From: Candidatus Kapaibacterium sp. | Lineage (GTDB): Bacteria > Bacteroidota > Ignavibacteria > Kapaibacteriales > UBA2268 | DNA length: 64,000 nucleotides | Assembly (NCBI GenBank): GCA_026390695.1 | Contig: JAPLFL010000048.1 | Span: forward strand, 339 to 64,338 | Direction of reading: 5' to 3' | Shown: positions 59,700 to 64,000 of the stretch, piece by piece | Layout of the letters: every line of letters begins with the position of its first letter | Position numbering within the stretch: position 1 is the stretch's first letter | Position numbers and translations under genes: made by a program | The notes under the pieces: generated by a model | Databases searched by the model: none | Seen by the model: only the letters and a program-made list of their open reading frames with translations | What the model was told of the DNA's origin: nothing

Positions 59700-61694
59700 T
59701 CACTCCAGCTTCAAAACCTGCTTCTCGCAACTTCCATTGCCAGTTTTCACTGTCAAGGTATAAACTCCAGCACTAAGCTGCCCAGGCAGACTAATTTTTA
59801 TATTATTCTCTCCAGATTCTAAATAATAATAATCTGAAAATACAATTTCACCCATTATAGAATATATACGAAAAGTCGCTGCTGTACTTGTTGTTGAATT
59901 AATTTTTGCCGTAAAAGTATCTTCAAATGGTGTGGGACTTATTGATTCGATTGTTAGAGATTTAATCATATCTTGATCATCGACGGAATTAATATTCATT
60001 TTAATAAAATTTTTCTCAATCTTCTGGACACAGGAATCCGGGAAAAATACTTTTACTGTTAATTTCCCTGCTCCTGTACTATCCCAGTGAACTCTCACTC
60101 TGCTATTGGAGATATAGAGATTAATTTTACCACCGCTCAAATTCCACTCGGTTAACCTATTTGATGGATTTTTAATTTCATAATATTGCTCCCAGCCCAT
60201 GCAAGCGGTATCGGAGCCACTTATGGATGGTTCAACGAAATATGGTGAAAATTGCTGCTGAATAGTTGTTGAATCAGAACAGGAATTATTACCCGATTTA
60301 ACAATTAATTTCAAGGTGGCATTGTTTCGATCTGTCCATATTACTTTTATAATTTGCGAGGAATCCGAACCTATTATTGTTCCGTTTTCGGCAATCCAAT
60401 TCTGATAACTGAAATTCACAGCATTAGAATACGATTTCACTGTATCCATATAGCATGAGTAGCTATTTCCGGTGATTATCGGCTTGATGCCGGTATTAAA
60501 CATTTTAACATCAAAATTTGATGAATATCTGCAATTGGTCGAATCGGGATCAATTAATAAAGATAAATTTCCTGTTTTTCCTGCTTCCCAAATTACCTGA
60601 ACATCCCTGTCAGTGCTGCTACCTGTGATATTTCCGTTGCTTGCAGTCCATTTGAATACTTTGCTATAAGTGCCCTGATATGTATAATTAATCTGTTCGC
60701 TGCCACAGTAAACCCGCGCCCCGCTTATTATTGAATCAGTGAAGCCGAGAGGCTGACTAATGTATTGAAAGTTTTGAGTCAAAGAATGTTTCTTCCAGCT
60801 AAGGCTGACATCACCGCCCGTACAATCACTCAACCATGAGAAAGTACAATAATTGCCGCTATTAGGTGCTAATGAATCCAAAATGGTTTCGCACTGCATT
60901 GAGTCAGGGGTTTCATAATATTTTCCTCCGGTTTTTTGTGCCATATCTTTCAATTCCTGAGTTGCAGGTATTCCTATTGCTATTGTATTAATAATACCAT
61001 TCAGATTAAGGCAATCAAATATAACTTTATTAGGATCGAAAATACCTCCTTCGTCAGGAAATCCATCTGTCATAAAGAATATTATTGGCTTGTATTTTGC
61101 CCGGTTTGCAACATTTAAAGCACCTGTAGCTCTTCCCCATTTATCTTTACTCAATGGAGGGACGCCGTAAAAAGCTTCATGATATTTTGTAGAACCATCG
61201 CCTTTTAAATAGTAGATGGAATCTAAAACCACTCTGACACTATCATACTTTTTTGGCCCACTAATATTTATAAAATCACATTTTAAAGATGCAATAGAAG
61301 AAAAAGTAATTATACAAATTTCTGAATTTTCCGGAACTCGCCCTACAATAATATTCAACATTTTTTTCATATACATTAACCGAGATATTCCGTTTGTAAT
61401 TAAACTGCCTTGCATGGAAGTAGAAACATCACAAACAAAAATAAAAGAATTATAACTGGTGTAGCAATCAATATTCTGAATGCTTCGATTAAGTCCACCG
61501 TCTGTCAGCAGAAATTCATTTGTATCTGATAATGAAAACTGATGATTTACTAAATCTTTAATATTCAGATAAGCCGATATAATCGGAGATTTACTCGCAT
61601 CGGTACCAATTACTTTTAATGCTTGAGCTTGCAAAATGTTTGAAAAAACGAGTCCTGAAGCTATTATACAAACTGCAACAATAATATTTTTCAT
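59700..61694 (-). CDS. Secreted vWA domain protein with PKD-like repeats and T9SS sorting domain
   Basis: DVSTSM...GST...FMTDG; W.A.NG.I.G repeats; GVYTLTVK...VLKLE. Confidence 0.85.
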   Translation of the reverse strand: MKNIIVAVCIIASGLVFSNILQAQALKVIGTDASKSPIISAYLNIKDLVNHQFSLSDTNEFLLTDGGLNRSIQNIDCYTSYNSFIFVCDVSTSMQGSLITNGISRLMYMKKMLNIIVGRVPENSEICIITFSSIASLKCDFINISGPKKYDSVRVVLDSIYYLKGDGSTKYHEAFYGVPPLSKDKWGRATGALNVANRAKYKPIIFFMTDGFPDEGGIFDPNKVIFDCLNLNGIINTIAIGIPATQELKDMAQKTGGKYYETPDSMQCETILDSLAPNSGNYCTFSWLSDCTGGDVSLSWKKHSLTQNFQYISQPLGFTDSIISGARVYCGSEQINYTYQGTYSKVFKWTASNGNITGSSTDRDVQVIWEAGKTGNLSLLIDPDSTNCRYSSNFDVKMFNTGIKPIITGNSYSCYMDTVKSYSNAVNFSYQNWIAENGTIIGSDSSQIIKVIWTDRNNATLKLIVKSGNNSCSDSTTIQQQFSPYFVEPSISGSDTACMGWEQYYEIKNPSNRLTEWNLSGGKINLYISNSRVRVHWDSTGAGKLTVKVFFPDSCVQKIEKNFIKMNINSVDDQDMIKSLTIESISPTPFEDTFTAKINSTTSTAATFRIYSIMGEIVFSDYYYLESGENNIKISLPGQLSAGVYTLTVKTGNGSCEKQVLKLE

Positions 61695-61947
61695 TTTAAC
61701 TCTGTATATGATAAACAATTTTATTCAAATTTAGTCTCTTCTCTTTTTGGGGGAAGGTTAAATCAATAATCAAATATAATAAAAATTTTCAGTGATTGCA
61801 AACTTTTATTAACAAACAATAAAAATAACCTATTCTCAGAAAAAATCAATTTAAATTAATCTCAATTTTCTTTCGTCTTTAGGCACTTATTCTTGTAAAA
61901 ATTCATTAATTTTATGAGATTTGTTTATTTGTAATTTGGAGTCTTTA

Positions 61948-63174
61948 ATGAAATATGTTTTAATAATTTTAGCAATAGCAATCTTTGCTTCCAATGCGTC
62001 TTTTGCTCAGGATAAACCCAAAGACAAAGCTGCCTTTGAAGTTCATAAAAGTGAATTTTGGGATACAATAAAAAAATCAAATGATGATTTTATCAAAAAG
62101 CAAGAAAAACCGGAGAAAAAATCTTTTAAAGTTGATCTCTCGGGATATAAATTTCCTAAAAAGATTGATGAATTTGAACGCTGCTGGTACAATGCTCCCG
62201 TTTCACAGGGTAATACAGGGACTTGCTGGTGCTACAGCGGAACATCATTCCTTGAATCGGAAATTTACAGAATCACAAAGCAAGAAATTAAAATCTCCGA
62301 AATGTTTACCGTCTATTGGGAATATGTGGAAAAAGCCCGTCGTTTCGTTCGGGAGCGTGGAAATTCAGTTTTTAGCGAAGGCTCGCAGCAAGGCGGAGTT
62401 TTACGCCAGTGGAAAGAATATGGCTGTGTCCCTTATTCTGATTATACAGGTCTAAAATCAGGCCAAACCTTCAATGACCATACAAAAATGGTTGGCGAAA
62501 TGACAAATTATCTTCAAACTGTAAAAACTCAGAACTCTTGGAATGAAGAGACAATACTCGCTACTATTAAATCAATTTTAAATTTCTATCTCGGTGTCCC
62601 ACCATCAGAAATTACTTTTAATAGTAAGAAGATGACACCAAAAGAGTTTTGCACAAACGTTGCGAAAATAAATACTGATGATTATGTTGATATTTATTCA
62701 ATGATGGAAAAACCTTATTGGGAAAAATGTGAGTATGAAGTGCCAGATAATTGGTGGAAGAGTGCAAATTATTATAATGTACCGCTTGATGATTTCATGG
62801 ATGCTTTGAAATCAGCAATCAAAGCAAATTATACGATTACAATCGGCGGAGATGTCTCTGAAGCGGGTTATGACTCTCATGCTAAAGTCGGTATGATTCC
62901 AACATTCGATATTCCATCAGAATATATAGATGAAAATGCCCGTCAGTTCCGTTTTTCAAACCAAACCACGACCGATGATCATGGCATTCATATTGTCGGA
63001 TATAAGGTTATTGATGGGAAATACTGGTTCTTGATTAAGGATTCGGGAAGTGGTTCAAAAAATGTTGAGCCCAAGGGATATTATTTTTATCACGAAGATT
63101 ATGTAAAATTAAAAATGACAACATATTTGGTTCACAAAGATGCTGTAAGTTCTTTGATTAAAAAGTTTAAATAG
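61948..63174 (+). CDS. C1 (papain-like) cysteine peptidase, aminopeptidase C-like, exported
   Basis: QGNTGTCWCYS, TTDDHGIHIVG, LIKDSG. Start taken at MKYVL. Confidence 0.88.
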   Translation: MKYVLIILAIAIFASNASFAQDKPKDKAAFEVHKSEFWDTIKKSNDDFIKKQEKPEKKSFKVDLSGYKFPKKIDEFERCWYNAPVSQGNTGTCWCYSGTSFLESEIYRITKQEIKISEMFTVYWEYVEKARRFVRERGNSVFSEGSQQGGVLRQWKEYGCVPYSDYTGLKSGQTFNDHTKMVGEMTNYLQTVKTQNSWNEETILATIKSILNFYLGVPPSEITFNSKKMTPKEFCTNVAKINTDDYVDIYSMMEKPYWEKCEYEVPDNWWKSANYYNVPLDDFMDALKSAIKANYTITIGGDVSEAGYDSHAKVGMIPTFDIPSEYIDENARQFRFSNQTTTDDHGIHIVGYKVIDGKYWFLIKDSGSGSKNVEPKGYYFYHEDYVKLKMTTYLVHKDAVSSLIKKFK

Positions 63175-63184
63175 TGGTTTATAA

Positions 63185-63307
63185 ACACACCCCCTAACCC
63201 CCTCTTATTAGAGGGGGAACTGGAAAGTTGTTTTTTTATTCTATAATATATTCTACTTTCTACTTTTCTACCTTCTACTTTCTATAACCGGGGTAAGATG
63301 GGTGTGT
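63185..63307. repeat. CCCCT-type REP pair containing a TTCTAC tandem tract
   Basis: acacaccccctaacc-cccctct-tatt-agagggg ... ttctactttctacttttctaccttctactttctataac (63251-63288) ... gggtgtgt. Confidence 0.65.
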
Positions 63308-63372
63308 AATGATTTTATAGGTGCTCTTACGAATAAGAGAAATTTTGATTTAAGATTTATTTTGAGGAAAAT

Positions 63373-64000
63373 ATGTTCAAAAAAATAATTGCATTACTGA
63401 TTATCAGTTTTACTTGTTATTCATTTTCATTAGCAGAAGCAGAGAAACATCTTCAGATGCAAGCAAAACCATCGAAGATGAAAGTAGCTGCGGGAGAAAA
63501 GTTTGACGTTAAATTAACAATCGCTATTGCGAAATATTGGTACACTTATGCCCTTATCGAACAGCTAAACAGCGATTCGATCGGCCCTACAAAAACAGAA
63601 ATTTCTTTTGCTCCGGTCAAAACTCTTTCTTTGACTGATTCTATCGTTCCGCCAACACCTTTAAAGCATCTGGACGAAGGATTTAATATTGAAATTAAAT
63701 ATTATAAAGGGAAAATTGAATTTGATCTGAAAGCTAAAGCTGAACGAGATTTGGATTTCACAAAAGATTCAGCATATATTGCAGTTTTCATGCAGCTTTG
63801 CGATACAACAAGTTGTCTGCCTCCGGAAGAAGTCCGCGTACTTATTGGTAAAAATAATCCCGATATTGGAATGGCAACAGGAGAAACCGAGAAAATAGAG
63901 CAAACTAAAACCGATGCCGAAAATGAAATAGACCAGCATATTCAAAAAGGTGTATTCTCATTTATTTGGTTTGCAATGCTTCAGGGCGCATTAGCTCTTT
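63373..64000 (+). CDS. dsbD: DsbD family thiol:disulfide interchange protein (5' part, runs off the window)
   Basis: Absent from the ORF track. Manual translation MFKKIIALL...WYTY...MQLCDTTSCLPP...FIWFAMLQGALAL gives the DsbD N-domain cysteine pair followed by the first TM segment. Confidence 0.85.
   Translation, partial: MFKKIIALLIISFTCYSFSLAEAEKHLQMQAKPSKMKVAAGEKFDVKLTIAIAKYWYTYALIEQLNSDSIGPTKTEISFAPVKTLSLTDSIVPPTPLKHLDEGFNIEIKYYKGKIEFDLKAKAERDLDFTKDSAYIAVFMQLCDTTSCLPPEEVRVLIGKNNPDIGMATGETEKIEQTKTDAENEIDQHIQKGVFSFIWFAMLQGALAL

Overview
AT-rich bacterial chromosome segment. Three T9SS C-terminal sorting-domain proteins, a Bacteroidota-type RNA polymerase omega subunit and ileS-dksA-lspA synteny point to the FCB group (Ignavibacteria/Kapabacteria-like); this placement is inferred. 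Most of the window is housekeeping: GH92, ahcY, metK, lysA, plsY/plsC, maf, tmk, nuoJK, recA/recX, an M16 protease, ileS, lspA, rluD, nusB, rpoZ, pbpC, ispG, tRNA-Gln, tRNA-Ala, aspS, lon and dsbD. Main unusual items: (1) a defence islet at about 2.2-7.6 kb where three near-identical 56-bp hairpin-forming direct repeats separate a DUF4160/DUF2442 pair, an inverted BrnT/BrnA pair and a Type IIG R-M gene, like a cassette array without canonical attC ends or an integrase; (2) a DksA/TraR gene with 12 x 63-bp histone-H1-like repeats and an AT-hook-like motif, broken by a 1-bp insertion; (3) a family of exactly 131-bp MITEs, one nested inside others between recA and recX; (4) an orphan promoter plus boxA-like site with no gene after it; (5) an IleRS2 with a GIHH signature; (6) a cheW gene coupled to an MTase-nuclease fusion, with a perfect hairpin just upstream of its start. 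No CRISPR array, rRNA or transposase/integrase gene was seen. All calls come from reading the sequence; no database searches were run.
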